From TPA_inf: Saccharomyces (taxonomy: Eukaryota): a stretch of DNA of 64,000 bases. Under the pieces are notes generated by a model. It did no database searches. It saw only the letters and a program-made list of their open reading frames with translations, and was not told the origin of the DNA. Shown one piece after another: positions 34,858 through 46,459 of this stretch (position 1 is the stretch's first letter; the number at the start of each line of letters is the position of its first letter). The position numbers and the translations under genes were made by a program. The stretch lies in contig BK006939.2 of the NCBI GenBank assembly GCA_000146045.2, positions 192,001-256,000 on the forward strand, given 5' to 3'.

Positions 34858-36252
34858 TTACCTGATTTTAGAAAACAAATTTAATATTCCCTTCAGGATA
34901 GAAATTTCAACATCATTTGTCGTTTCATTAGAAATATCCAAAATACAATCTTTGAAATATTCTGTTACTTGACATTTGGGACCAAAAGGAATAAATTTCG
35001 AGCCATACATCGTTAAAATAAAATATAGTAGATTTTTATAGTTTTTACAATCAAAAAATTCGTTAAACTCTTTGATTATATTTTGCTGTATAGTTTCAGT
35101 CCGACCTTGCTTTTCACTAAAGCGTCTCCTGAGCAAGGCGCTTTGTAAATGAGGGAAGATTTGTAGTAGCCTATAATGTAAAAAAAAGTCGTTCTTGTCC
35201 ACAATTTCGAAATATGAATTTATGAAATGTGCCTCATTAAATAATTCCAGGACCTTAAAACACAGTCTATGGTCCGATTCCATAGCGTTAAAAACCTTTC
35301 TATCCAAGATTAAACATATGAAGGCTTTCAGAAAGAATTCTCTAACATCATCATTATCATCATCACTATAAAAATACATTAGGAATTTGAGCATTTTGTT
35401 AACGGGGAAAATTGTGCATAAATTATCATATCTAGAATTTTCCTTTTTCTCGTAGTTGATTTTTAACGAGTTACACTTTTCTTGATTGACGCCAAATAAG
35501 ACCAGTAAATTCGTGATGCTTGGGCATTTCAAGTGAACAAATTCAGGAACTTTTCCTTGCGATCTACTACTACCAAACAGGAATGAATACGCCGTATCTT
35601 TCATTTCCAAATCCATCAATTGCTCGTAATGGCAGTTTTTAGAGATGAAATGCCAATCTTTATATTTATCTGATATGGTTTCCTTGGTAACCACATCCAA
35701 ATAAATTTCTGGGATAGACCCAGAAAACTTTATGCTTTTTTGTAACTCACTTTTGGCTACAGTGTTACTAGTAATAACTATGCTTTTGTTGCTTCTAGGT
35801 GAATCCAATATTTCTTTTTTCAAGTCTTGTAGCTTGGCCACTGTAGTAGTGATCGTATCGTCGAAGCTATCACCTAGATTGAAAATTTTTAAAGGTACGT
35901 AATTGACTAATTTTCTGGGTGTCTTGACAATCTCCTCATCCTCGTTATTACTTGGTGCCTTTCTTTTGGAAATGATGGTTCTTTTTAAGATTGGATCAAA
36001 ATCGTCTCCAGACTCCGCCTTGGCACCAGAAAGATTCAAATCGCTGTTCTCTAGGCTAGAAAACTCTTCGTCGCTATTCAAACTGTCGTTCTCAGGATCA
36101 CTAATAAAGTTGGGATGCACCTTCTCATCGTCATCGTCATCGCGAAAGTAACTTCCCACACTAGTCGGTATCAAAGGAGAATCAAACCCTGAAATTTGTG
36201 AATCTGGCACAGTTTCAAACTCTTCATTCGGTGATGAGTTCACGCTTCCCAT
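34858..36252 (-). CDS. KRE29: Smc5-Smc6 complex subunit (Nse6), 464 aa
   Basis: The track ORF starts at GTG 36261. The first ATG, 36252, gives 464 aa. Position matches YER038C. Confidence 0.85.
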   Translation of the reverse strand: MGSVNSSPNEEFETVPDSQISGFDSPLIPTSVGSYFRDDDDDEKVHPNFISDPENDSLNSDEEFSSLENSDLNLSGAKAESGDDFDPILKRTIISKRKAPSNNEDEEIVKTPRKLVNYVPLKIFNLGDSFDDTITTTVAKLQDLKKEILDSPRSNKSIVITSNTVAKSELQKSIKFSGSIPEIYLDVVTKETISDKYKDWHFISKNCHYEQLMDLEMKDTAYSFLFGSSRSQGKVPEFVHLKCPSITNLLVLFGVNQEKCNSLKINYEKKENSRYDNLCTIFPVNKMLKFLMYFYSDDDNDDVREFFLKAFICLILDRKVFNAMESDHRLCFKVLELFNEAHFINSYFEIVDKNDFFLHYRLLQIFPHLQSALLRRRFSEKQGRTETIQQNIIKEFNEFFDCKNYKNLLYFILTMYGSKFIPFGPKCQVTEYFKDCILDISNETTNDVEISILKGILNLFSKIR

Positions 36253-36450
36253 TTGTGACACTGCCCTTTTGTGCGTCTAACAAAATTTTATCACTTTATT
36301 GCTATTTACTTGAAAAATTATATATGAATATATTTCATAAAACGATGCTGACATAATATGTAACATAAAAAAAGGAATAACCTAAAACAAATACAAAGAA
36401 GACCCCATATAAATGAATATAAATGTATATTTTGCTTGAGCAAATGAAGA

Positions 36451-36831
36451 ATGTACTACTTCTCAAGAGTAGCTGCTAGAACTTTTTGCTGTTGTATCTT
36501 TTTCTGTTTAGCCACAGCGTACAGCAGGCCAGACAGAAATCCTAGAAAGATAGAAAAGAAGGACAAAAAGTTTTTTGGAGCGTCAAAGAACACCAATCCC
36601 GCCAACGCTATGGGCAATTTGTTCAAAGCACCAACCATAGAATACGTTGTAGAGGAAGTTACACGAACACACCAGCCGGAACAGTACGATATCCCCACGG
36701 ACATGAGCCCACTGATGACCATTGCTGCCAGTGAGTCGGCGGACAAGTTCACAGACAAATTCTTTGTGGACCAATCTTCCATAATGAAGGAAAAGACTAG
36801 CAGCAAAGGCAATGCCAGAACGTTGTTATAA
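36451..36831 (+). CDS. FMP49: Dubious ORF antisense to HVG1 (FMP49/YER038W-A position), 126 aa
   Basis: 126-aa ORF lying entirely inside the HVG1 coding sequence on the opposite strand. Likely non-coding. Confidence 0.2.
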
Positions 36832-37205
36832 AACATAGTATCATAGTCTTTAAAGTTAGTCAGCCGAATTCTCTTCCGCATAATCAAAACGAACAATGCA
36901 GACGAAATACAATTGGTGAACATCCAGAGGTACCCCGGATTCAACACAAAGATGGTTGACTCAACAAGTTCCTGATCGAGATCCTCCAAAGATGATGCTT
37001 TGATTGCAATGGCCTGCTGATCGCCCCAGGTGGCCACTACAGATGAAAGGACCATCATAATAAATGACGTCAACTCCATAGAAGTGACTTTTCCGCCAAA
37101 GAAGAGGACCTCGCCATAAGCAATGAGAATGATCGTCAGATTCTTGAAAATTGTGTAGATGGGCACGGCAAGGTATTGTAAGCTCTTTGACGACGTATAA
37201 ATCAT
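36456..37205 (-). CDS. HVG1: HVG1 C-terminal fragment as usually annotated (249 aa from first ATG)
   Basis: The track ORF starts at TTG 37259. The first ATG (37205) gives 249 aa, [12 protein letters not shown].... Confidence 0.7.
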
Positions 37206-37262
37206 CAATACGAGCAGCAAAGAAATTGGAAACCAGTTTTTTACATCTGTCCTGTTCAAAGA

Positions 37263-37481
37263 TCAAAAATTAGCAACGCCTACAATTCGTAGGATACATA
37301 GCGTCACAGTGCACACCAGTGATTGTACAAACAACATCACAAAGTTCATGTTAAAGTTGTCCAGGTTAACCACGAATTTGTTCGTTACTGTCATCAAAAT
37401 CGAGGACGCGCAGTAAGATAAGATTGAAGCCGGCCCAGAGTTGGCCACTGATTCCGTCCATTCATGCTTATGCTTGCTCAT
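37263..37481 (-). CDS. YER039C-A, N-terminal fragment of the split VRG4 paralog (72 aa)
   Basis: ATG at 37481..37479 ([17 protein letters not shown]...) ending at TGA 37263..37265. Homologous to the Vrg4 N-terminus. Confidence 0.6.
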
Positions 37482-37794
37482 AATTACCACACCTTCTTGA
37501 TCTCTTTACAGCTTTTCAACCTTCCATTCTTGTACTCTATCTCTACCTGGCCCTTTAAACATTCTTAATATGATATATTCACATTTTTTGCTCTATTACC
37601 CGGCGGACAGGTTCCCGAAAGAAAGTGACATGGCAATGCTGAGAGAGTGGAAAGAGTCATCTTGCAAGACAGAGAAAGATGTTCAAGAGTGGTAAGCTAA
37701 TGTCAGCGCAGTAGCCCATCCCACAATAACAGAGTGTGTAAGAAAGAGAGACGAGAGAGAGCACAGGGCCCCCTTTTCCCCCACCAACAAACAA

Positions 37795-39987
37795 ATGCAA
37801 GACGACCCCGAAAATTCGAAGCTGTACGACCTGCTGAATAGTCATCTGGACGTGCATGGTCGAAGTAATGAAGAGCCGAGACAAACTGGTGACAGTAGGA
37901 GCCAGAGTAGTGGCAACACCGGTGAAAACGAGGAGGATATAGCATTTGCCAGTGGATTAAACGGCGGCACATTCGACTCAATGCTGGAGGCACTGCCCGA
38001 TGATTTATATTTTACGGACTTCGTGTCTCCTTTTACAGCAGCTGCCACGACCAGCGTGACTACTAAGACGGTCAAGGACACCACACCAGCTACCAATCAT
38101 ATGGATGATGATATTGCGATGTTTGATTCACTTGCCACAACTCAGCCCATCGACATAGCCGCATCCAACCAACAAAATGGTGAAATTGCACAACTTTGGG
38201 ACTTTAACGTGGACCAATTCAACATGACGCCCAGCAACTCGAGCGGTTCAGCTACTATTAGTGCTCCTAACAGCTTTACTTCCGACATACCGCAATACAA
38301 CCACGGTTCCCTCGGCAACAGCGTCTCCAAATCCTCACTGTTCCCGTATAATTCCAGCACGTCCAACAGCAACATCAACCAGCCATCTATCAATAACAAC
38401 TCAAATACTAATGCGCAGTCCCACCATTCCTTCAACATCTACAAACTACAAAACAACAACTCATCTTCATCCGCTATGAACATTACCAATAATAATAATA
38501 GCAACAATAGTAATATCCAGCATCCTTTTCTGAAGAAGAGCGATTCGATAGGATTATCTTCATCCAACACAACAAATTCTGTAAGAAAAAACTCACTTAT
38601 CAAGCCAATGTCGTCCACGTCCCTGGCCAATTTCAAAAGAGCTGCCTCAGTATCTTCCAGTATATCCAATATGGAACCATCAGGACAAAATAAAAAACCT
38701 CTGATACAATGTTTCAATTGTAAAACTTTCAAGACACCGCTTTGGAGGAGAAGCCCAGAGGGGAATACTCTTTGCAATGCCTGCGGTCTTTTCCAGAAAT
38801 TACATGGTACCATGAGGCCATTATCCTTAAAATCGGACGTTATCAAAAAGAGGATTTCAAAGAAGAGAGCCAAACAAACGGACCCAAACATTGCACAAAA
38901 TACTCCAAGTGCACCTGCAACTGCCTCAACTTCAGTAACCACTACAAATGCTAAACCCATACGATCGAGGAAAAAATCACTACAACAAAACTCTTTATCT
39001 AGAGTGATACCTGAAGAAATCATTAGAGACAACATCGGTAATACTAATAATATCCTTAATGTAAATAGGGGAGGCTATAACTTCAACTCAGTCCCCTCCC
39101 CGGTCCTCATGAACAGCCAATCGTATAATAGTAGTAACGCAAATTTTAATGGAGCAAGCAATGCAAATTTGAATTCTAATAACTTAATGCGTCACAATTC
39201 GAACACTGTTACTCCTAATTTTAGAAGGTCTTCAAGACGAAGTAGTACTTCATCGAACACCTCAAGTTCCAGTAAATCTTCATCCAGATCTGTTGTTCCG
39301 ATATTACCAAAACCTTCACCTAATAGCGCTAATTCACAGCAGTTCAACATGAACATGAACCTAATGAACACAACAAATAATGTAAGTGCAGGAAATAGTG
39401 TCGCATCCTCACCAAGAATTATATCGTCCGCAAACTTTAACTCAAATAGTCCTCTACAGCAGAATCTATTATCAAATTCTTTCCAACGTCAAGGAATGAA
39501 TATACCAAGAAGAAAGATGTCGCGCAATGCATCGTACTCCTCATCGTTTATGGCTGCGTCTTTGCAACAACTGCACGAACAGCAACAAGTGGACGTGAAT
39601 TCCAACACAAACACGAATTCGAATAGACAGAATTGGAATTCAAGCAATAGCGTTTCAACAAATTCAAGATCATCAAATTTTGTCTCTCAAAAGCCAAATT
39701 TTGATATTTTTAATACTCCTGTAGATTCACCGAGTGTCTCAAGACCTTCTTCAAGAAAATCACATACCTCATTGTTATCACAACAATTGCAGAACTCGGA
39801 GTCGAATTCGTTTATCTCAAATCACAAATTTAACAATAGATTATCAAGTGACTCTACTTCACCTATAAAATATGAAGCAGATGTGAGTGCAGGCGGAAAG
39901 ATCAGTGAGGATAATTCCACAAAAGGATCTTCTAAAGAAAGTTCAGCAATTGCTGACGAATTGGATTGGTTAAAATTTGGTATATGA
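37795..39987 (+). CDS. GLN3: GATA-type zinc-finger transcription activator of nitrogen catabolite-repressed genes, 730 aa
   Basis: GATA finger [28 protein letters not shown]. Asn/Ser-rich. 730 aa. Confidence 0.95.
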   Translation: MQDDPENSKLYDLLNSHLDVHGRSNEEPRQTGDSRSQSSGNTGENEEDIAFASGLNGGTFDSMLEALPDDLYFTDFVSPFTAAATTSVTTKTVKDTTPATNHMDDDIAMFDSLATTQPIDIAASNQQNGEIAQLWDFNVDQFNMTPSNSSGSATISAPNSFTSDIPQYNHGSLGNSVSKSSLFPYNSSTSNSNINQPSINNNSNTNAQSHHSFNIYKLQNNNSSSSAMNITNNNNSNNSNIQHPFLKKSDSIGLSSSNTTNSVRKNSLIKPMSSTSLANFKRAASVSSSISNMEPSGQNKKPLIQCFNCKTFKTPLWRRSPEGNTLCNACGLFQKLHGTMRPLSLKSDVIKKRISKKRAKQTDPNIAQNTPSAPATASTSVTTTNAKPIRSRKKSLQQNSLSRVIPEEIIRDNIGNTNNILNVNRGGYNFNSVPSPVLMNSQSYNSSNANFNGASNANLNSNNLMRHNSNTVTPNFRRSSRRSSTSSNTSSSSKSSSRSVVPILPKPSPNSANSQQFNMNMNLMNTTNNVSAGNSVASSPRIISSANFNSNSPLQQNLLSNSFQRQGMNIPRRKMSRNASYSSSFMAASLQQLHEQQQVDVNSNTNTNSNRQNWNSSNSVSTNSRSSNFVSQKPNFDIFNTPVDSPSVSRPSSRKSHTSLLSQQLQNSESNSFISNHKFNNRLSSDSTSPIKYEADVSAGGKISEDNSTKGSSKESSAIADELDWLKFGI

Positions 39988-40460
39988 CCGCGTATTATCA
40001 TTATCATTATTCTTATTATGTTAATAATTACTGAACGGTTGCATTGATAGATTTTCATTACCTCTGACCACAATCCTGAGCATTGGTATTATTTGTTTTG
40101 CTATTTTCAGATCAAATTACTTGTAAAAAAAGAAATGGTAGTATATTGGCATTGAACACTGGCTGTTCTATTTGTATTACTTTTATGTGTAGACATATAT
40201 TATTAGGAATTTGTAATATCACTCTAATTATTATTTGGTATTCTTTCTCTATCTCCCCTGTTTCTTTTGTCTATCTCTTTCTTTTTTTTTTTTAAACGGC
40301 CCTTTTTTAATGGCATTTTCTTTTTCTTATAATGCCCACAGTTGAATAATTTAACTAGCTTTTGACTGACACATAAACAATAATGTATATGGTCCATCCA
40401 ATGAAATGACAGTTCTATTGCATTTTACCTACTTGTATATTCTGGATACTGCACAAGAAA

Positions 40461-42740
40461 ATGGGTGTCTCACAAATATGGGAATTTTTGAAGCCATATC
40501 TGCAAGATTCCAGAATTCCGTTGAGAAAGTTTGTCATAGACTTTAATAAATCGCAAAAAAGAGCTCCAAGAATCGCGATTGACGCATATGGATGGCTATT
40601 TGAGTGTGGATTTATCCAAAATATAGATATAAGCGCCAGATCTAGATCAAGATCAAGGAGTCCTACCCGTTCTCCGCGTGATAGTGATATCGACAGTAGT
40701 CAAGAATATTATGGTAGCAGAAGTTATACAACTACAGGAAAAGCTGTGATAAACTTCATATCTCGATTAAAAGAACTACTGAGTTTAAACGTCGAATTCT
40801 TGCTTGTATTTGACGGAGTTATGAAACCCTCTTTCAAAAGGAAATTTAACCACGAACAGAACGCTACTACTTGTGATGATGAGAAAGAGTACTATTCAAG
40901 CTGGGAACAGCATGTTAAGAATCATGAAGTTTATGGCAATTGTAAAGGATTGCTAGCGCCATCTGACCCTGAGTTCATCAGTCTTGTACGGAAATTATTA
41001 GACTTGATGAACATTTCATATGTAATCGCATGTGGGGAGGGAGAAGCCCAGTGTGTTTGGCTGCAAGTTTCTGGGGCTGTAGATTTCATTTTAAGTAACG
41101 ATTCAGATACTCTCGTATTTGGGGGAGAAAAAATCCTGAAAAATTACTCGAAATTCTACGATGATTTTGGCCCAAGTTCAATAACTTCCCACAGTCCCAG
41201 TAGACATCATGATAGTAAAGAATCTTTTGTTACTGTTATAGATCTACCCAAAATTAATAAAGTAGCAGGGAAGAAGTTTGATCGCCTGTCTCTCTTATTT
41301 TTCAGCGTGCTATTAGGTGCCGATTACAATCGTGGAGTCAAGGGTTTGGGTAAAAACAAATCTTTGCAGTTGGCTCAATGCGAAGATCCTAACTTTTCCA
41401 TGGAATTTTATGACATTTTCAAAGATTTCAATTTAGAAGATTTGACATCAGAAAGTCTGAGGAAGTCTCGGTATAGATTGTTTCAAAAAAGATTATATTT
41501 ATACTGCAAGGATCATTCTGTCGAGCTATTTGGAAGAAATTATCCTGTTTTATTGAATCAAGGTTCATTTGAAGGCTGGCCATCAACTGTCGCAATCATG
41601 CACTATTTTCACCCCATTGTCCAACCATATTTTGATGAAGAAGTTCTCAGTGATAAATACATAAATATGGCTGGAAACGGACACTACAGAAACTTAAATT
41701 TCAATGAACTGAAATATTTTTTACAAAGTTTGAATTTGCCTCAAATTTCTAGCTTCGACAAGTGGTTTCATGATTCTATGCACGAGATGTTTCTATTAAG
41801 AGAATTTTTATCAATTGATGAGTCCGATAATATAGGTAAAGGTAATATGAGGATTACCGAAGAAAAAATTATGAACATAGATGGTGGAAAGTTCCAAATA
41901 CCATGTTTTAAAATACGGTATACAACATTCTTGCCTAATATACCCATTTCTTCTCAATCTCCTTTGAAGCGCAGTAATTCTCCCAGTAGAAGCAAGAGTC
42001 CCACACGACGTCAGATGGATATAATGGAACACCCAAATAGTCTTTGGTTACCCAAATACTTGATACCTCAATCGCATCCATTAGTAATTCAATATTATGA
42101 GACACAGCAACTTATACAGAAAGAAAAAGAGAAGAAAGGTAAAAAATCGAATAAGTCTCGGCTACCACAGAAGAATAACTTGGATGAGTTTTTAAGAAAG
42201 CATACTTCGCCGATTAAAAGTATCGGAAAGGTAGGCGAGTCGAGAAAGGAAATCCTGGAACCTGTGAGAAAAAGGCTTTTTGTAGATACAGACGAAGATA
42301 CTAGTCTGGAAGAAATACCGGCTCCCACAAGACTGACCACCGTCGATGAACACAGCGATAATGACGATGATTCGTTGATTTTTGTAGATGAGATTACAAA
42401 CAGCCAAAGCGTTTTAGATAGTTCACCCGGTAAAAGAATTCGGGATCTTACACAGGACGAACAGGTTGACGTTTGGAAGGACGTAATAGAAATATCACCA
42501 ATAAAAAAGTCAAGAACTACTAATGCTGAGAAAAATCCGCCTGAGTCTGGTTTAAAATCACGCTCAAGCATCACAATCAATGCTCGCCTTCAAGGTACTA
42601 AGATGTTGCCTCCAAACTTGACTGCTCCAAGGTTAGAAAGAGAACACTCCTCTGTCCTTGACCAACTTGTCACAGACGCACAAGATACAGTCGACCGGTT
42701 TGTAGCCTGTGACAGTGATAGCAGTAGCACTATTGAATGA
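40461..42740 (+). CDS. YEN1: Holliday-junction resolvase, XPG/Rad2 nuclease family, 759 aa
   Basis: XPG-N and XPG-I nuclease motifs. 759 aa. Matches YEN1 (YER041W). Confidence 0.92.
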   Translation: MGVSQIWEFLKPYLQDSRIPLRKFVIDFNKSQKRAPRIAIDAYGWLFECGFIQNIDISARSRSRSRSPTRSPRDSDIDSSQEYYGSRSYTTTGKAVINFISRLKELLSLNVEFLLVFDGVMKPSFKRKFNHEQNATTCDDEKEYYSSWEQHVKNHEVYGNCKGLLAPSDPEFISLVRKLLDLMNISYVIACGEGEAQCVWLQVSGAVDFILSNDSDTLVFGGEKILKNYSKFYDDFGPSSITSHSPSRHHDSKESFVTVIDLPKINKVAGKKFDRLSLLFFSVLLGADYNRGVKGLGKNKSLQLAQCEDPNFSMEFYDIFKDFNLEDLTSESLRKSRYRLFQKRLYLYCKDHSVELFGRNYPVLLNQGSFEGWPSTVAIMHYFHPIVQPYFDEEVLSDKYINMAGNGHYRNLNFNELKYFLQSLNLPQISSFDKWFHDSMHEMFLLREFLSIDESDNIGKGNMRITEEKIMNIDGGKFQIPCFKIRYTTFLPNIPISSQSPLKRSNSPSRSKSPTRRQMDIMEHPNSLWLPKYLIPQSHPLVIQYYETQQLIQKEKEKKGKKSNKSRLPQKNNLDEFLRKHTSPIKSIGKVGESRKEILEPVRKRLFVDTDEDTSLEEIPAPTRLTTVDEHSDNDDDSLIFVDEITNSQSVLDSSPGKRIRDLTQDEQVDVWKDVIEISPIKKSRTTNAEKNPPESGLKSRSSITINARLQGTKMLPPNLTAPRLEREHSSVLDQLVTDAQDTVDRFVACDSDSSSTIE

Positions 42741-42936
42741 GTTAACGGGCACAGCGTCAAAAAATCCGCCACCACAGTTGATCGCGCCGAAAACGAGGGA
42801 GTTGCGATGAGTAAAATGAAGGGCATATATAAACAAGAGTAGACAGAGACACATTTTTCAATATCATATATATAGATTTAATTGGAAAGACAGTTATATT
42901 CTAACGTCAAAAACTTAACAAGTAAATCAAGTTGCA

Positions 42937-43491
42937 ATGTCGTCGCTTATTTCAAAAACCATTAAGTATGATCCAGCCAAGGATAAATTAATCACATTAG
43001 CATGTGGATGTTTTTGGGGTACAGAACATATGTATAGGAAGTATTTGAATGACCGTATAGTGGATTGTAAAGTAGGTTACGCTAATGGAGAAGAGTCTAA
43101 AAAGGATAGCCCCTCTAGTGTCTCTTATAAGAGAGTTTGTGGTGGTGACACAGATTTTGCGGAGGTTTTACAAGTATCCTATAATCCCAAAGTGATAACT
43201 TTGAGAGAATTAACTGATTTCTTTTTTAGAATCCATGATCCTACTACATCTAATTCACAAGGACCTGATAAAGGTACACAGTATCGCAGTGGATTGTTCG
43301 CTCATTCAGATGCTGATTTAAAAGAATTAGCCAAAATAAAGGAAGAATGGCAACCAAAATGGGGTAATAAGATTGCCACAGTTATTGAACCAATCAAGAA
43401 CTTTTACGATGCTGAAGAATACCACCAGTTATATTTAGATAAGAATCCACAGGGATATGCATGCCCTACTCATTATCTGAGAGAAATGTAG
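42937..43491 (+). CDS. MXR1: Peptide methionine-S-sulfoxide reductase (MsrA), 184 aa
   Basis: Active-site GCFWG motif. 184 aa. Confidence 0.95.
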   Translation: MSSLISKTIKYDPAKDKLITLACGCFWGTEHMYRKYLNDRIVDCKVGYANGEESKKDSPSSVSYKRVCGGDTDFAEVLQVSYNPKVITLRELTDFFFRIHDPTTSNSQGPDKGTQYRSGLFAHSDADLKELAKIKEEWQPKWGNKIATVIEPIKNFYDAEEYHQLYLDKNPQGYACPTHYLREM

Positions 43492-43769
43492 CTTTTTTAG
43501 TGTACGTGCCCTTATTTATGAAAAAAAGTCAAGTGCATGAATGAAATATTTACTGTTGAAGAATTTATTATATATATAGGTATACAGGATCTATCTTTTC
43601 GATAACGTAACTTAGTATCACATGTATTAGTATTAATACTGTGATAGGATTGTTAGCTGTTGTTTTTATATTTGCAATTTATTTATGATCTTTTTTGATG
43701 ATCAAACCGTTGAGTTTTTGAACATTAAAAAATAGTGAGAAAGAAGAACTGAAATGGGAATTGAATTGA

Positions 43770-45119
43770 TCAATATCTGTAGTGGTCGGCCTTGAATGGA
43801 CCTTCTTCTGGAATACCCAAGTATTCAGATTGGACTTTACTCAATTTAGTCAATCTAACACCCAAGTTGCCCAAGTGGAACTTAGCGACAGCTTCATCCA
43901 AGATCTTTGGCAAAACGTGGACACCAACTTCGAATGGGCCTGTCTTTTGGAATTCAATGTGCTTTTCTCTGAAAGACTTATCGTTAGACTTGAACAAAGC
44001 AATTTGAGCTAAGACTTGGTTAGAGAAGGAACAAGACATAACGAAAGATGAGTGACCAGTAGCACAACCCAAGTTAACTAATCTACCGTTAGCCAACAAG
44101 ATGACGTGTCTACCAGAAGACAACAAGTAACGGTCGACTTGTGGTTTGATGTTAATACATTCTTTAGCGTTAGCCTTTAACCAGGCGACATCAATTTCGA
44201 TATCGAAATGGCCAATGTTACAAACAATGGCATCTTCTGGCATGTTGATGAAATGTTCACCGTTGATAATATCTCTACAACCAGTGGTGGTAACGAAAAC
44301 TTGACCAATGTGGGATGCATCTTCCATGGTAACAACTTGGTAGCCTTCCATGGCAGCTTGTAAAGCGTTGATTGGGTCAATTTCGGTAACCAAGACACGA
44401 GCACCCATTCCTCTTAAGGCAGCAGCACAACCCTTACCGACATCACCGTAACCAGCAACAACGGCAACCTTACCAGCCAACATGACATCAGTGGCTCTCT
44501 TAATACCGTCGACTAAGGATTCTCTACAGCCGTACAAGTTGTCAAACTTGGACTTAGTGACGGAGTCGTTAACGTTAATGGCAGGAACCTTTAACTTGCC
44601 TTCTTTGACCATTCTGTATAAGTGGTGAACACCGGTGGTAGTTTCTTCGGAAAGACCAAAGCAGTCTTCCAGCATTTCAGGGTGCTTTTCATGAACTAAA
44701 GTGGTTAAATCACCACCATCATCTAAGATCAAGTTCAATTTCTTGTTGTCCTTGAAGGCAAACAATTGTTGTTCAATACACCACAAATACTCTTCTTCAG
44801 TTTCACCCTTCCAGGCAAAAACTGGAACACCGGAAGCGGCAATAGCAGCGGCGGCATGATCTTGAGTCGAATAGATGTTACAAGAGGACCAGGTAACTTC
44901 GGCACCCAAAGCAACTAAAGTTTCAATTAAAACAGCAGTTTGAATGGTCATGTGCAAACAACCAGCAATACGGGCGCCTTTCAAAGGTTGGACGTCACCG
45001 TAAGCCTTTCTGATGGCCATCAAACCTGGCATTTCATGTTCAGCCAATTCGATTTCCTTTCTACCGAAGGCAGCCAAAGAGATATCAGCGATTTTGTAGT
45101 TTTGAGCTGGAGCAGACAT
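43770..45119 (-). CDS. SAH1: S-adenosyl-L-homocysteine hydrolase, 449 aa
   Basis: Highly conserved AdoHcyase sequence with an NAD-binding GYGDVGKG motif. 449 aa. Confidence 0.97.
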   Translation of the reverse strand: MSAPAQNYKIADISLAAFGRKEIELAEHEMPGLMAIRKAYGDVQPLKGARIAGCLHMTIQTAVLIETLVALGAEVTWSSCNIYSTQDHAAAAIAASGVPVFAWKGETEEEYLWCIEQQLFAFKDNKKLNLILDDGGDLTTLVHEKHPEMLEDCFGLSEETTTGVHHLYRMVKEGKLKVPAINVNDSVTKSKFDNLYGCRESLVDGIKRATDVMLAGKVAVVAGYGDVGKGCAAALRGMGARVLVTEIDPINALQAAMEGYQVVTMEDASHIGQVFVTTTGCRDIINGEHFINMPEDAIVCNIGHFDIEIDVAWLKANAKECINIKPQVDRYLLSSGRHVILLANGRLVNLGCATGHSSFVMSCSFSNQVLAQIALFKSNDKSFREKHIEFQKTGPFEVGVHVLPKILDEAVAKFHLGNLGVRLTKLSKVQSEYLGIPEEGPFKADHYRY

Positions 45120-45569
45120 TGGGAATTGTTCTTTTTGTCAGTTGGGTTATTTCGAGGAGAAGAGGATTTTCAGAAAGAAAGAAAAACAAATAGGAATGGA
45201 ATCATGGAGTTAATAAACCACGTTACTAAATAAGAGATTGGAAAATCTAAAATACGGCTTCGAGGTCGTTTAATTTTCTTTTTCCTCTGAAAATTTTCTT
45301 TCTTTTTCGGCCTTAGCCTGTGAAAATTTCGGCCGAAAAAAAAGCCAACGAGATCACGTGCACAGAAATATCTGCGTTAGAGGAGAGAGGTAGGGATACT
45401 TACAGAAATGAAGCCAAATTGGCAGCTTTTTGAGAAATAATCATGAATGATAAACAATTGCTGTTAAATAATGTACGGAAGGTTTGGATAAAGGTTGCTA
45501 TAGGCATTATATAAATAAATCATCTCTATATAATTTTTTTTACAGGATATGCTTGCCCTTACATCAGAA

Positions 45570-46016
45570 TTACCAAGCAACACCAGTGTAGTATTCTCTT
45601 TGTTTGTACATCCAAACCAAAGAGGTGGTTGAGACAACCAATGGACCCATGAATCCCTTTCCCAACTTACAAGTTCTAAAGATCAATAATTCAGAGCCGA
45701 AGTGGAATAGGGCAACCATATAAGACATGAAGACCAATTCGAAAATGTGTGGTTCATTCAAGTACATAGCCCCATAGAATCTGATAACACAGGAAATAAA
45801 GGTCCAAGTACCGAAAGTTCTTGCACTCAAATGGGTTGTTTCAGTGGGTTTTCTTTCGTAGACTTTACGTGTCAATTCTAAACCAGAAACGTAAGTCTGG
45901 ATAGAATTGAAGACTGATACAATGGAAATGAAAAGTAACCATTTTGGTAAGTAACCTTTTGGCATTGCTGCCAAGGTGGTCTTGGTTGTAGTTATTACGT
46001 CTTGTAGGCTGAACAT
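45570..46016 (-). CDS. ERG28: ER membrane scaffold for ergosterol C-4 demethylation enzymes, 148 aa
   Basis: 148-aa ORF with two TM segments. Matches ERG28 (YER044C). Confidence 0.9.
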   Translation of the reverse strand: MFSLQDVITTTKTTLAAMPKGYLPKWLLFISIVSVFNSIQTYVSGLELTRKVYERKPTETTHLSARTFGTWTFISCVIRFYGAMYLNEPHIFELVFMSYMVALFHFGSELLIFRTCKLGKGFMGPLVVSTTSLVWMYKQREYYTGVAW

Positions 46017-46459
46017 TATCTGATACTTTAGTGTATTTGAATCCTTCGATACTATGGTCTAGCTAGTGTCAAGAATATAAAAACCTGAAATTAGTCAATG
46101 CGTTTACGTCAAAAATAGTAGCAATAGTAAAGCAAAACAACAGGCTTGTTCAGCTTAGTTTTATATACGGGGGTAGAGAATACAATGGATCGTACCTTTT
46201 TTTTTGTTTCCTGTTCGTTCCGTCCCCGAACGAAAAAATCATAAAATAGAAGTTTCCTATCGGTAATACCGTAAAGTTTAATTCAGTTCGTATAAGATTA
46301 GGTTAATCATGGGCAAGTCCGGAAGAAGCGTTTTAATGTAGGTCTGTTGGGGAAGATGTTGTGTTCACTGTAATTTTCAACTGAAGTTGTTGTCCCCGAA
46401 ATGAAAGAGCTTTCGATATTTTTGTGTTTTATAATGCGCCTCCTACTGCAAAAGAAAAA

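Larger units (their letters stand above)
36456..37490 (-). pseudogene. HVG1: VRG4-like GDP-mannose transporter paralog interrupted by an in-frame TGA (plus-strand tca at 37263..37265)
   Basis: The two track ORFs 37263..37490 and 36456..37259 lie in the same minus-strand frame and are separated only by a TGA. Their 75 + 267 aa are the N- and C-terminal parts of a ~340-aa multi-TM nucleotide-sugar transporter. Confidence 0.85.

Noticed and set aside
38439-39035. 198-aa minus-strand ORF inside GLN3; similar antisense ORFs inside FIR1 (23860..24384), YEN1 (42095..42580), ISC1 (1124..1408), SMB1 (20681..21010), ZRG8 (27733..28065) and SAP1 (52375..52638)
   Set aside because: They are fully embedded in well-supported genes on the opposite strand, have low-complexity or odd composition, and have no recognisable domains. 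They are typical shadow ORFs.
45317-45327. ICRE-like CCTGTGAAAAT in the SAH1 promoter
   Set aside because: The essential CANNTG E-box is not intact (CCTGTG), so I did not call it a UAS-INO despite the GTGAAA resemblance.
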